A stretch of 64,000 bases of DNA from an uncultured Acidobacteriota bacterium (GTDB lineage Bacteria > Acidobacteriota > Thermoanaerobaculia > UBA5066 > Gp7-AA6). The notes beneath the pieces are model-generated. The model had not been told where the DNA came from and did not search any database. It was given only the letters and a program-made list of their open reading frames with translations. A program made the translations under genes and the position numbers. Position 1 is the stretch's first letter. Every line of letters starts with the position of its first letter. Below are positions 1 to 10,416 of the stretch, in pieces. The DNA lies in the NCBI GenBank assembly GCA_963733955.1, contig CAVTEW010000002.1, forward strand, positions 5,863 through 69,862. The letters are read 5' to 3'.

Positions 1-335
1 CGGATTACGCCAAGTTCGTGCTCTCGAATCCGGAGATCCATCTGGCTTTGCAGCCGGGCCGGATCGACGGCTCGGGCGCGCTGTCGCACCTGGGCATCCG
101 CGTCGAGTCGCCGGCGGCGGTGGCGCAATGGAAGAGCAGCCTGGAGGCGCGCGGTCTCGCCGCCGGCGAGGAGCGGCGGGAGGCCTGCTGCTACGCCCTT
201 CAGGAGAAGTTCTGGGTCGCCGATCCCGACGGCAACCGCTGGGAGGTCTACACCGTTCTCGAGGACCTCGAGAACAAGGACGAAGCCGCGATGGCCTGCT
301 GCGCGCCGGCGGCCGCGGAAGGCTCGTGCTGCTGA
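1..335 (+). CDS. ArsI/CadI-type glyoxalase-fold protein (5' end cut by window edge)
   Basis: The reading frame is open back to position 1. The sequence is VOC/glyoxalase-like, with a vicinal Cys pair (EACCYALQEKFWV) and a Cys-rich tail (MACCAP..GSCC). It lies directly upstream of acr3-arsC. Confidence 0.7.
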   Translation, partial: DYAKFVLSNPEIHLALQPGRIDGSGALSHLGIRVESPAAVAQWKSSLEARGLAAGEERREACCYALQEKFWVADPDGNRWEVYTVLEDLENKDEAAMACCAPAAAEGSCC

Positions 336-363
336 CCAACGGCGCTCGGCGCAAAAGGGGAAG

Positions 364-1470
<1,107 letters not shown>

Positions 1471-1500
1471 GGCGCGGTTTGAGTCCAGGAAGGAGTTTCG

Positions 1501-1995
1501 ATGGCCGGAGAACAAGAGCACAAGAGATTCAAGATCCTTTTCCTCTGCACCGGCAATTCCGCTCGCAGCATCCTGGCGGAGTTCTTCCTGAAGCGGCTCG
1601 ACCCCGACCGCTTCGAGGTGTCCAGCGCGGGGGCCAGCCCGCGAGGCCGGGTCAATCCCTATGTTCTCGAGCTTCTGCGCGAGGGGTACCACATCGACGC
1701 GAGCTCGGCGCGCAGCAAGTCGTGGGAAGAGTTCCGGGACGTAGAGTTCGACTTCGTCATCACCGTCTGCGACAGGGCCCGGGAGTCCTGTCCGATCTGG
1801 CCGGGACAGCCGATCGTCGCCCACTGGGGCTCCGAGGATCCCGACGCCGCGGCGAGCGAGCAGGAGCAGCGCCAGATCGTCAAGAAGGCCGCCGTCGAGA
1901 TCTACCGCCGCCTGGGGCTCTTCACCGCCCTTCCGCTGGCGAGCCTCGACCGCCTGCGCCTGGAGGAGATGACCCGCGGAATCGGGAAGGCATGA
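1501..1995 (+). CDS. arsC: Arsenate reductase, LMW-PTPase (thioredoxin-coupled) type
   Basis: KILFLCTGNSARS CX5R P-loop. SD GGAAGGAG lies upstream. The gene follows acr3. Confidence 0.9.
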   Translation: MAGEQEHKRFKILFLCTGNSARSILAEFFLKRLDPDRFEVSSAGASPRGRVNPYVLELLREGYHIDASSARSKSWEEFRDVEFDFVITVCDRARESCPIWPGQPIVAHWGSEDPDAAASEQEQRQIVKKAAVEIYRRLGLFTALPLASLDRLRLEEMTRGIGKA

Positions 1996-2056
1996 TCCGA
2001 AGGCCCTGGCGCCGGCCACGGGGAGGCGGTCCTTCTGCTAGGCTCGCGCGCCAACG

Positions 2057-2341
2057 ATGACAACGACGACCGGAGGCGACGCCCCTTCGACCTGCCTGCT
2101 CTGCGGCGGGACGGCCGCGATCGCGGTGGAGTGCGCGGCGGGGAAGATGAAAGGCTTCTCCCGCGTCGAGTGCCTGCGGTGCGGCTCGAACGAGGGCTCG
2201 CCCTTGACCTACTGGGTTGATCCCGCGGTCGCGTTCGACGCCCTGCGCGCGCTGCCGGAGAGGGCGAGGCGGCACCTGGCCCGGAACGCGCGGGTGATCA
2301 CAAGCGCCGCGATCACCGTTGCCCGCATTCGGACGGCCTGA
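2057..2341 (+). CDS. Hypothetical small protein with CxxC..CxxC zinc-ribbon-like motif
   Basis: 94-codon ORF with high third-position GC. Cys pairs CLLCGG and CLRCGS. I recognise no family. Confidence 0.45.
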   Translation: MTTTTGGDAPSTCLLCGGTAAIAVECAAGKMKGFSRVECLRCGSNEGSPLTYWVDPAVAFDALRALPERARRHLARNARVITSAAITVARIRTA

Positions 2342-2403
2342 GCGAATCACACATCGCGTCCGCGGCTCAGCCCTCAGGACGGCGGCGGCATGAGGCGAGA
2401 GCA

Positions 2404-2501
2404 TGGCGGAAGCGTGTGGGAGTCGAACCCACCTGTCCCGGCGAAGCCGCGACACCGACGGATTTGAAGTCCGCGAGGGCCACCGGGCCCCGTGCGCTTC
2501 C
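2404..2501 (-). tRNA. selC: tRNA-Sec (anticodon TCA)
   Basis: The reverse complement reads GGAAGCGC..GGGGCC-CGGT-GGCCCT (6-bp D stem, 4-nt loop)..GCGGA-CTTCAAA-TCCGT (anticodon loop), a long variable arm, GTGGG-TTCGACT-CCCAC, then CGCTTCC-G-CCA. It is 98 nt, and the CGGT D-loop and TCA anticodon match E. coli selC. A CATAAT -10-like hexamer (plus-strand attatg, 2510-2515) sits 8 nt upstream. Confidence 0.85.
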
Positions 2502-2754
2502 GGGCGGGGATTATGACGGATCGCCTGCCAGCGCCGGGAACGCACGGGATCGCGAACCGAAGCGGAGGCGACGTTCGATGGTCCATGAATTGCTTTGCGA
2601 GAACGTTCAGAATGCCTGGGAGTCGATTGGGCGAGGGGAAGAGGGTGAGATCCGGAGAGCCCCTCCGTGCGGCAGGAGGCCCGCTTTCGACCCCGGAAGA
2701 CGTCGAAGGCATGGAGGGCCCGCGACTCAATCTGCCCTCGGGAAAGGCAGCCCG

Positions 2755-3648
2755 ATGACATCGAAACAGAGCATCGCTGCTCCCCGCAGAGGTCACGCGG
2801 CGCTGGTCGGCCTAGCCCTGCTCCTGGCCGCGATCCCATGCTCGGCGCAAGGCCAGCGGGTTGGCGCGACCGACGTGGACGAGACCGGCCCCCTCACGAC
2901 GCCCTCCCTGCCGGGCGCGCTGAAGGCGGAGGCGAGGCGCTATGTCGAGGACGGCGGCGGCATTCTCTTCGCGCCGCTGCACTGGGACGGGAAGAGCTGG
3001 GCGGAGGCGGCCGGCGCGGTCGCGACCGTCTTCCTGCTGTCCCAGGAGGACTCCTCGATCGACAGCGTCTTTCAACGGAACCGCAACGCCCACACGAATT
3101 CTTTTTCGACGGCGATCCGCCCTCTGGGGACCTACGGAGCGATCGGCCTGTCCGTCGCGTCCCTGGGAGCGGGCCTCGTTTTCAAGAACGCACAGCTGCG
3201 CGATACGGGCCGCGACGCGATCGAGGCCGAGCTCTTCGCGGCCGGAATCGCCTCACCCGCTCTCAAGCAGATCGCCGGCCGCCTGCGTCCCAGTCAGGGG
3301 AGCGACGCCGACGAGTTCCGGCCGCTCTCCGGAAAGCAGTCCTTTCCCTCGGGCGAGTCGACCGAAGCCTTCGCCCTGGCGTCGGTCATCGCCGCCCGAT
3401 CGCGGGGCTGGGTCGTCCCGACGGTCGCGTACACGCTGGCCAGCGGGGTCGCCCTGGCGCGGATGAATTCCCACGCTCATTTCGCGTCCGACGTCGTCGC
3501 CGGCGCGTTCCTCGGCACGGCGATCGGCCACAGCATCGTCCGCCGGCACCGGGCCGATCAGGAAGCCTCGGTCGACTGGACTCTCGTGCCCGTCGCGGCG
3601 CAGCGGGGCGGGGTGGGCCTGGGCGTGAGCCTCGAGGTCGGCAGGTAG
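2755..3648 (+). CDS. PAP2-superfamily (acid phosphatase / phospholipid phosphatase) protein, secreted
   Basis: Signal peptide ALVGLALLLAAIPCSAQ. PAP2 motifs RLRPSQG, PSGES and ARMNSHAHFASD. The upstream part of ORF 2416.. overlaps the tRNA and was discarded. Confidence 0.8.
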   Translation: MTSKQSIAAPRRGHAALVGLALLLAAIPCSAQGQRVGATDVDETGPLTTPSLPGALKAEARRYVEDGGGILFAPLHWDGKSWAEAAGAVATVFLLSQEDSSIDSVFQRNRNAHTNSFSTAIRPLGTYGAIGLSVASLGAGLVFKNAQLRDTGRDAIEAELFAAGIASPALKQIAGRLRPSQGSDADEFRPLSGKQSFPSGESTEAFALASVIAARSRGWVVPTVAYTLASGVALARMNSHAHFASDVVAGAFLGTAIGHSIVRRHRADQEASVDWTLVPVAAQRGGVGLGVSLEVGR

Positions 3649-3656
3649 CTTCGGCT

Positions 3657-3678
3657 CCAACAATATATAAGTTGTTGG
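3657..3678. terminator. AT-rich hairpin between convergent genes (CCAACAA-N8-TTGTTGG)
   Basis: 7-bp inverted repeat around TATATAAG in otherwise GC-rich DNA. It lies between the stop of the PAP2 gene (3648) and the stop of the minus-strand small ORF (3693). Confidence 0.4.
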
Positions 3679-3692
3679 ATGCCGCTCGGCCG

Positions 3693-3905
3693 TCAGAGGC
3701 CCGCGGCGCGGCAGATGTCGAGGAAGTCGTCGGTCCGCCGGGCCTGCCGCTGGGCCCGCTCGAGGCTTCGGCGGATCCGTTCCTCGCCGCTCTCGCCCCA
3801 GAGCCGCTCCACCAGGCCGGATCGCCAGGCCAGGACCGCTGCCGCGACCGAGATCAGGAGGGCGCCGGTACCGAGCCCGCCGGCGAAGTTGTCGATTCGT
3901 GTCAT
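3693..3905 (-). CDS. Hypothetical small membrane protein (70 aa)
   Basis: MTRIDNFAGGLGTGALLISVAAAVLAW.. has one TM helix followed by a charged tail. It is the C-terminal part of a longer artefactual ORF. Confidence 0.4.
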   Translation of the reverse strand: MTRIDNFAGGLGTGALLISVAAAVLAWRSGLVERLWGESGEERIRRSLERAQRQARRTDDFLDICRAAGL

Positions 3906-4117
3906 GTCGGGCTCCCTTCGACCGACGCCGTCCGGCACTTCCGGCGGCCTTTCGGCTTCTGGCAGCCCAAATTGCAAGGGTTGTACCCGAAAGCGAGGAT
4001 CGAGGTGCGAACCGGTTTCGGCGCGCGTTTCTTCGGCGCGCTCGATCGGACAGCCCGGCGGCCGATGCAGTCGAACCGGTCTCTCGGGTTCGCTTCGCCG
4101 CACGGTAAGATGGCGGG

Positions 4118-4789
4118 ATGCGCCTCCGCTCTGTCCGGCTGCTGGCCGTGGTTTTTCTGGCTGCGGCCGGAGCGAAGGGAGTCTCGGCCGGTCAGATTCC
4201 GGCCATGGCCGCGCCCGTGTCCGGCCCGGCTCTCCGGGCCGGATCGACCGCCGGCTTCTCCTGGAATGCCGAGGCGCTTTCGGGCTTCGACGAGATGGAG
4301 CTCGTTCTCTCCCTCGACGGAGGCCGGACGTTCCCGCTGCGCGTGACCGGGCGGCTGGCTCCGGAGTCCGGGAACATCGCCTGGCGCGTTCCGGCCCTCC
4401 CCACGGAGCACGCCCGGCTGGCCTTGCGCGCGGGCGACGGAGAGGACGAGGCGCAGGAGGCGATCGTCTTTCTCGGCGAAGAGTTCTCGATCCGCGCGGA
4501 GCCCAACGGTTCCCTGGAAGAGCTGTTCCGCGTCGGCGGCGAGTGGCGCACGCGGGAGGCCCTGGCCTCGCCGCCGGATCCGATGACTCAGGCCGGACTG
4601 GCCGGCGCGCCGTCGGAGCGGCTGCGCGCGATCCCATTCTGGGCGCCGGCCACCGAGCCGTCCCGGTCCGCGCTCTCGACGGTCGCCTCCGGCCCGAGCT
4701 TTCTTCCGCGCCGTCGCGGCGTCCCGCCCCGCGTTGCGCGCTCCGATTCGGACGCGACCCGGCCTCTTTCGATCCCTCTGCGGACGTAG
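4118..4789 (+). CDS. Hypothetical secreted protein
   Basis: Signal peptide MRLRSVRLLAVVFLAAAGAKG. Coding-like GC3. Lies upstream of the TonB-dependent receptor. Confidence 0.6.
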   Translation: MRLRSVRLLAVVFLAAAGAKGVSAGQIPAMAAPVSGPALRAGSTAGFSWNAEALSGFDEMELVLSLDGGRTFPLRVTGRLAPESGNIAWRVPALPTEHARLALRAGDGEDEAQEAIVFLGEEFSIRAEPNGSLEELFRVGGEWRTREALASPPDPMTQAGLAGAPSERLRAIPFWAPATEPSRSALSTVASGPSFLPRRRGVPPRVARSDSDATRPLSIPLRT

Positions 4790-4840
4790 TCCTCCTCCTT
4801 CCTTCTCTCGTCTCGTCTCCAAAATCAGGAAGGAGGAATC

Positions 4841-7027
4841 ATGGTCTCGAGGGCCGTTGGTTTTTGGGCGTCCGCCGGTGTCATTGGAATGGCGGCCGCC
4901 GGTTTGCTTCTCCCGGCGGGAGCCGCGGCGCAGGACGCCGGCGCGGCCAAGACGCCGGATGCGTCGACCCAATCGCAGCAGCAGCAGCCCCAGGTCAAGG
5001 AAGACGTCGTCGTCTCGGCCGCGCGCGGTCCGGAGATCGAGACGGAGATCCCCGGCCAGGCCACGGTCGTCACCGGCGAGGAGCTGCGCAAACGCAACGT
5101 CCATACCCTCGCGCAAGCGCTGCAGGACGTCGTGGGTCTGGATACCGGGGAGGGAAGCGACAACGGGGCGCGCCTCCCCAACATCGGCATGTGGGGCTTG
5201 AAGGAGTTCGACGCCCTTCTGGTGATGGTGGACGGGGTCCCCGTCGGCGGGCCCTTCAACCCGTCGCTCTCGCAAATCGACGTCGCCGACATCGACCGCA
5301 TCGAGATCGTCAAGGGTCCCCAGGGCACGCTCTACGGCGTCGCCGCCTTCGCCGGAATGATCCAGATCTTCACCCGACCGGCTTCGGAGGGAACCGAGGT
5401 CCGGTTCTCGGGCGGATCGTTCTCCGAGGGCCGCCTCTCGGCCTCCCACAACTTCGCCTTCGGCGACACCAGGCTTCGTGTCTTCGGAAGCTTCGACCGC
5501 TCCAAGGGATGGCAGGACCGCACCGACTACAAGGATGACCGCGGCGGCCTGCGCCTGGACCTGCCGGTGGGCAAGGGCGGCACGTTCACCTTCACGTTCG
5601 ACACGTTTCGCAACACGCAGTTCTTCGGGTCGCCGCTTCCGGTCGATCCGCCGTCGGGCGAGACGATTCCCGGCTTCCGCATCGACCGCAACTACGAGGT
5701 CGACGGCGCGCGCCTCGACCACCGCGTCTACAACGCCAACACGCGGCTCACGCTGCCCCTGACCTCGAGCCTGGTGCTGGAAAACGTCCTCGCCTATACC
5801 CGCGACGAACAGATTTCGATCCGCTCCTTCATCGACGGCGTGGAGGACAACACCGCCACCGCCGCCGGCGTGGCCTTGAAGCCCCGCGAAACCGACGTCT
5901 ACGAGGATCTCCATCTCGTCGCCAACTTCGAGGGCGCGGGCAAGCACCGCCTGGTGGGCGGCGCGGCCCTGACCTGGGGCCGCACCACGGCCGTCGGCAC
6001 CGGGTTCGACATCGAGCTCCAGATCGATCCGGTCGAAGTGCCCCGTTTCTCCGAAACGCCCACCGGCGACAACCGTTCGTTCCGCGACCGGCGAACGTTC
6101 TTCGGCGTCTATGTCAACGACGAGTGGACCCCGTTGGATCGTCTGACCATCACCGGGGGCGCGCGGTACGACCGCGTTTCCGAGACCCTCTTCGCGCAAG
6201 GGCAGGAGGTCGGCGCGCCGGAGCCCGATGTGACCAACGACTCGAAATCCGACGGGCAATGGTCCGGAGGGCTCTCCGCGCTCGGCCGCCTGGTGCAGAA
6301 CGGCTCGGGCCCGATGACCGATTTCAATCTTTACGTCGCCGCCAAGTCCGCGTTCAAGCCGGCGGCCCCCAACCTGACCGAGGCCGAGAGCGCCCGGATC
6401 CTCGATCCGGAGCGGACGCGGAGCCTGGAGACGGGGATCAAGACGCGCTGGCTCGACGGCCAGATCTCCTTCGACCTGTCGCTCTTCCACATGATCTTCG
6501 AGAATCTCGTCGTCTCGATCGTCGACCAGAACGGGGAGCCCGAGCTCGTCAACGCCGGAAGCGAGCGCTTTCAGGGCATGGAGATCGAGACCGGGTACCG
6601 GCCCAAGGCGCTGCCCAACCTGCGCATCGGCGCGGGCTACGCCCATCACGACGCGCGGTACGTCCGATTCAGCTTCATCGATCCGGACGAGGGGCTGACC
6701 GTGGCCGACGGACAGAGGCTGGAGCTGACGCCCCGGGACATCTGGAATGTGAACGCGTCCTACCTTCCCAACGCGGGCCTGGGCGCCTGGACCGCGCTGC
6801 GGCACCAGGGCCGGCGTCCCTTCGACAAGATCAACGAGGCCTACATGGATCCGTACTACGAGTGGGACGCCGGCGTCTCCTGGGCCTTCGCCAACGCCCG
6901 GCTCTCGGTCACCGGCCGCAACCTCTCCAACAACCGCCACTTCGTGGCCGAGAGCGAGATCGGCGACGCGCAGCTCTACGTCGCGCCGCCCCGAAGGTTC
7001 ACCGCGGAGGTCTCCCTCAAGTTCTAA
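4841..7027 (+). CDS. TonB-dependent outer-membrane receptor
   Basis: Signal peptide. Plug domain (VVVSAARGPE..TVVTGEEL..TLAQALQDVVGLD). C-terminal beta-barrel ending in ..EVSLKF. SD GGAAGGAGG. Confidence 0.9.
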   Translation: MVSRAVGFWASAGVIGMAAAGLLLPAGAAAQDAGAAKTPDASTQSQQQQPQVKEDVVVSAARGPEIETEIPGQATVVTGEELRKRNVHTLAQALQDVVGLDTGEGSDNGARLPNIGMWGLKEFDALLVMVDGVPVGGPFNPSLSQIDVADIDRIEIVKGPQGTLYGVAAFAGMIQIFTRPASEGTEVRFSGGSFSEGRLSASHNFAFGDTRLRVFGSFDRSKGWQDRTDYKDDRGGLRLDLPVGKGGTFTFTFDTFRNTQFFGSPLPVDPPSGETIPGFRIDRNYEVDGARLDHRVYNANTRLTLPLTSSLVLENVLAYTRDEQISIRSFIDGVEDNTATAAGVALKPRETDVYEDLHLVANFEGAGKHRLVGGAALTWGRTTAVGTGFDIELQIDPVEVPRFSETPTGDNRSFRDRRTFFGVYVNDEWTPLDRLTITGGARYDRVSETLFAQGQEVGAPEPDVTNDSKSDGQWSGGLSALGRLVQNGSGPMTDFNLYVAAKSAFKPAAPNLTEAESARILDPERTRSLETGIKTRWLDGQISFDLSLFHMIFENLVVSIVDQNGEPELVNAGSERFQGMEIETGYRPKALPNLRIGAGYAHHDARYVRFSFIDPDEGLTVADGQRLELTPRDIWNVNASYLPNAGLGAWTALRHQGRRPFDKINEAYMDPYYEWDAGVSWAFANARLSVTGRNLSNNRHFVAESEIGDAQLYVAPPRRFTAEVSLKF

Positions 7028-7099
7028 ACTTTGGCCGGGCGTGCCGGTCCGCGGCAAGGAACACGTCCTGATGGAGCTCATCCTGACGCGCAAGGGAGC

Positions 7100-9679
7100 T
7101 TAGGCCGGGAGCCGGGCTCCGTCGCGTCGCCGGCGGACGGCCGCGGACGCCAACTTCCAAAGCTCGAACCAGAGAACGCTCGCCGCGCCGGCGCCCAGAC
7201 ACAGAAGCGCATCGCCGGCGCGGAGGCGCTCGAACTGGAACAGGTCGCGCAGGGCCGGGACCTCCAGGACCAGGACCAGGGCCGCCGCGGCCCCGCCGAC
7301 GACCCACCATAGCGTCGGGTTTCGCCTCCCCAGCGAAGACAGGATGGTCCGCGAGCGGGATCGCTCCACCAGGATGAGCCCGAGGTTGGCGACGAGGAGC
7401 GTGGAGAAGGCCAGGGCACGCGCGGCGCGCTCGCCGTCGCCGCGCGACAGCGCGAGACCGTACACGACACCGACGGCGGCGAGGATGACCGCTCCCTGCA
7501 GAAGCGCGAGGGCCACCGTCCAGAAGGAAAAGAGCCGCTCGCCGGGGGGCCGCGGGCGGCGCCGCATGACGTCGTCGTCCTCGGGCTCCGCCTCGTAGAC
7601 GATCGAGCACGCCGGGTCGATGATGAGCTCGAGAAAGACGATGTGGACGGGCAGGAGCAGCAGCGGCCATCGAAACAAGAACGGCAGGAGCGACATGCCG
7701 GCGATCGGGACATGCACCGCGAGCAGATAGGCCATGGCCTTCTTGAGGTTGTTGAAGATGCGGCGGCCGAGCCGGATGGCGCCGACGATGGACGAAAACG
7801 CGTCGTCGAGGAGGACGAGCGAGGCCGCCTCGCGCGCCACGTCGGTGCCGCGCTCGCCCATGGCGATCCCGATCTGCGCGGCCGCGAGGGCGGGAGCGTC
7901 ATTGACTCCGTCGCCGGTCATGGCGACGATCTCTCCCTGGGCCTGGAACGCCCGGACGATGCGCAGTTTCTGCTCGGGGACGACGCGCGCGAACACTTGC
8001 GCGTCCCGGGAGCGCCGGGCCAGCTCGGCGTCGGCCATCGCCTCCAGCTCCGGCCCGGTGATCAGCGCCCCGTTCGCGTCGAGGCCGATTTCGCCGGCGA
8101 TGGCCAGCGCCGTGGCCGGCGAGTCGCCGGTGATCATCACGACGCGAATACCGGCGCGGCGGCACTCGGCGATCGCCTCGGGCACGCCTGCCCGCACGGG
8201 ATCGACCAGCCCCACCAGTCCGACCAGCTTGAATTCGAAGTCGTGCTGCTCGCGGGGAAGCGACGGGGGAGCGAACAGCGCGCGCGCGACGCCCAGGACG
8301 CGCAGTCCTCGGGCTGCCATCGCCTCGACCCGGGCGGAAACCTCGCGCGCCCGCTCCGGCCCGAGGTGGCACAGGTCCACGATCGCTTCCGGCGCCCCCT
8401 TGGCCGCGACGACGAACGCGCTCCCTTCGGGCGAGCGCCACACGTGCGACACGGCCAGAAGCGTCGGCGAGAGCGGGTATTCGCGGACGATGGTCCAGTC
8501 GCGGTGGAGGTGGTCGCGCGCGAACACCGCGTCCCGCGCCATGCGCAGGATGGCCCGCTCCATCGGGTCGGCGGGATCGCGCTGGCTGGCCAGGATCGCG
8601 TACTCGAGGACTTCGTGGACGGGCTCGTCCAAGGGAACCGCTCCTTGCGCGGGGATCTCCTGCTCGTGGTTCCCCTCGGACAGGACGCGCAGGGTCATTC
8701 GGTTCTCGGTCAGAGTGCCGGTCTTGTCGACGCAGAGAACCGTCGCCGATCCCAGGCTCTCGATGGCGGCGACGCGGCGGGTCAGGACGCGGCTCTTGGA
8801 AATCCTCCACGCGCCCAACGCGAGGAAGACCGTCAGGACGATCGGAAATTCCTCCGGAAGGATCGCCATCGCCAGCGTGAGGCCGGCCAGGAGACCGTGC
8901 AGCCAGTCGTGGCGGGTGACCGCGTAGAGGACGAAGATCGCGAGGCACAGGGTGATGCCGATCGCCGCGAGGACACGGACGACTCGGCGCGTCTCGCCTT
9001 CCAGGCGGGTCGGCTGCTGCGCGATCGCGTGGAGCGTCTTGCCGATCCGGCCCACCTCGGTGCGCGGACCCGTGGCCGTGGCGCGTGCGATCCCCTGGCC
9101 GCGGACGACGAGCGTGCTCGCGTAGAGATGAGGCTCGTCGTCCCCGCCCGGCCGCGCGGCGGAAACCGCTCCCGACGCGGGGACCTTCCGCACGGGTACG
9201 GACTCCCCGGTCAGCAGCGATTCGTCCACCAGAAGGCTCATGCCTCCGATGAGCAGGGCGTCGGCCGGAACACGGTCGCCTTCCGAGAGGAGGATCAGGT
9301 CTTCGCGGACGACCTCGCGGCCCGGAATGCGCACAGGGGCGCCGTCCCGGATCACCAGGGCCCGCGGGCTGGCGAGATCGCGCAGCGCCTCGAGGGCGCG
9401 TTCGGTTTTGCGGCCCTGGGAGAGCGAGATCGCGATGACCACGCCGATCGAGCCGAGCAGGACGGACGCCTCGCGCGGGTCGCCCAGAAAGAAGTAGAGC
9501 GTCGAGGCCGCGAGCAGCAGGAGAATCATCGGCTCCCGCAGGATCTCCAGGGCGAGGCGGCCGATCCCCCGGCGGCGCGGCGCGGGAAGCTCGTTCCATC
9601 CCTCTTGCGCCAGGCGCCGGGCGGCTTCGACCTGCGTCAAACCGGTGAAGGCCGAGAGGTCGATCGCGGCGCCGCTCAT
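7100..9679 (-). CDS. Cation-translocating P-type ATPase (type II, SERCA/CtpF-like)
   Basis: CVDKTGTLTENRM phosphorylation motif, MTGDGVNDAPAL hinge, and an N-terminal Cation_ATPase_N-like LTQVEAARRLAQEGWNELP. Confidence 0.92.
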   Translation of the reverse strand: MSGAAIDLSAFTGLTQVEAARRLAQEGWNELPAPRRRGIGRLALEILREPMILLLLAASTLYFFLGDPREASVLLGSIGVVIAISLSQGRKTERALEALRDLASPRALVIRDGAPVRIPGREVVREDLILLSEGDRVPADALLIGGMSLLVDESLLTGESVPVRKVPASGAVSAARPGGDDEPHLYASTLVVRGQGIARATATGPRTEVGRIGKTLHAIAQQPTRLEGETRRVVRVLAAIGITLCLAIFVLYAVTRHDWLHGLLAGLTLAMAILPEEFPIVLTVFLALGAWRISKSRVLTRRVAAIESLGSATVLCVDKTGTLTENRMTLRVLSEGNHEQEIPAQGAVPLDEPVHEVLEYAILASQRDPADPMERAILRMARDAVFARDHLHRDWTIVREYPLSPTLLAVSHVWRSPEGSAFVVAAKGAPEAIVDLCHLGPERAREVSARVEAMAARGLRVLGVARALFAPPSLPREQHDFEFKLVGLVGLVDPVRAGVPEAIAECRRAGIRVVMITGDSPATALAIAGEIGLDANGALITGPELEAMADAELARRSRDAQVFARVVPEQKLRIVRAFQAQGEIVAMTGDGVNDAPALAAAQIGIAMGERGTDVAREAASLVLLDDAFSSIVGAIRLGRRIFNNLKKAMAYLLAVHVPIAGMSLLPFLFRWPLLLLPVHIVFLELIIDPACSIVYEAEPEDDDVMRRRPRPPGERLFSFWTVALALLQGAVILAAVGVVYGLALSRGDGERAARALAFSTLLVANLGLILVERSRSRTILSSLGRRNPTLWWVVGGAAAALVLVLEVPALRDLFQFERLRAGDALLCLGAGAASVLWFELWKLASAAVRRRRDGARLPA

Positions 9680-9815
9680 CCCGCGGCCGGGACGCGCGTG
9701 GCCCGCCTCCGGAAGGCCGCGGTGCGGTCGATGGGCGCGCGGAGCGCAAGCGTCTTTCTCATGGCTCGTCTCGGGCGCCGCCCGCGACCGCGCACGCGCG
9801 CGGCGCGGCGGCCGG

Positions 9816-10295
9816 CTACGCGGACTTCTTGTTGGGGCCCTTGCCGGGCTCGCAGATCGCCAGAAGCGCTTCCACGACGACGCGATGGATCTCGTCGGCG
9901 CCCCGCGCAGTCACGCGGCCCTCGGCCGCTCCCGCCGCGACGTCGTTGACCGACACGACCCCGACCAGGCGCCCGCCGCCGTCCACGACGGGAAGCCGGC
10001 GGACCCGGCGGCGTGCCATGGTCAGGAGCGCCTCCTCGATCTCGTCCGACGGCTTGCAGACGAAGGGATGCGGGCTCATGACTTCGCGCACCCGGATGTC
10101 CCCGGGAAACCGGTTCTTTCGGGCCAGCGCCATACAGATGTCGCGATCGGTGATCATGCCCGCCGGCCGGCCTTCGGCGTCGAGCACCGGCAACGTGCCG
10201 CAATCGTGATCCCAGAGCGTCTGGGCTGCGGCGACCAGCGTCGCGTCGGGCGTGCAGGAACGGGCGGGAGACGTCATCACATCCTGGACTTTCAT
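9816..10295 (-). CDS. CBS-pair domain protein
   Basis: MKVQDVMTSP..GMITDRDI..RRLPVVD..GVVSVNDV shows two CBS motifs and no other domain. Confidence 0.9.
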   Translation of the reverse strand: MKVQDVMTSPARSCTPDATLVAAAQTLWDHDCGTLPVLDAEGRPAGMITDRDICMALARKNRFPGDIRVREVMSPHPFVCKPSDEIEEALLTMARRRVRRLPVVDGGGRLVGVVSVNDVAAGAAEGRVTARGADEIHRVVVEALLAICEPGKGPNKKSA

Positions 10296-10342
10296 GTGTC
10301 ACCTCGACGCCTCCATGGTCCTCCCGCGCCGGCAACGGCGCC

Positions 10343-10358
10343 TGATGAGAACTCATCA
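10343..10358. promoter_or_regulatory. Palindromic box TGATGAGAACTCATCA (extended CCTGATGAG-AA-CTCATCAGG)
   Basis: Perfect inverted repeat 48-63 nt upstream of the CBS start at 10295. Member of the recurrent 16-bp motif family. Confidence 0.6.
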
Positions 10359-10359
10359 G

Positions 10360-10397
10360 GGATGAGCGTGAGGCGTGAGGCGTAAGGCGTAAGGCGC
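10360..10397. repeat. Tandem heptanucleotide repeat (GGATGAG GCGTGAG GCGTGAG GCGTAAG GCGTAAG GCG)
   Basis: Period-7 repeats read directly from the sequence. They start about 20 nt downstream of the stop of the minus-strand acyl-CoA synthetase gene. Confidence 0.7.
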
Positions 10398-10416
10398 AGC
10401 CCGGAATTCGACCGCC

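Noticed and set aside
2416-2754. N-terminal extension of the PAP2 ORF.
   Set aside because: It runs through the tRNA-Sec gene on the opposite strand. The signal peptide starts at Met 2755.
2342-2760. tRNA-Sec as an integration hotspot or genomic-island border for the ars cluster.
   Set aside because: I saw no integrase, no direct repeat of the tRNA 3' end, and no obvious compositional break.
7068-7084. CTGATGGAGCTCATCC, which resembles the box.
   Set aside because: The spacing is one nucleotide short and the second half-site is poor. It lies between two convergent gene ends, not in a promoter.
3902-7093. 1063-aa minus-strand ORF, plus several other ORFs of more than 300 aa in the 3679-5538 region.
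   Set aside because: They are antisense to the clearly homologous TonB-dependent receptor and secreted-protein genes. The translations are low-complexity and rich in R, G, P and A, which is typical of stop-codon-poor frames in very GC-rich DNA.
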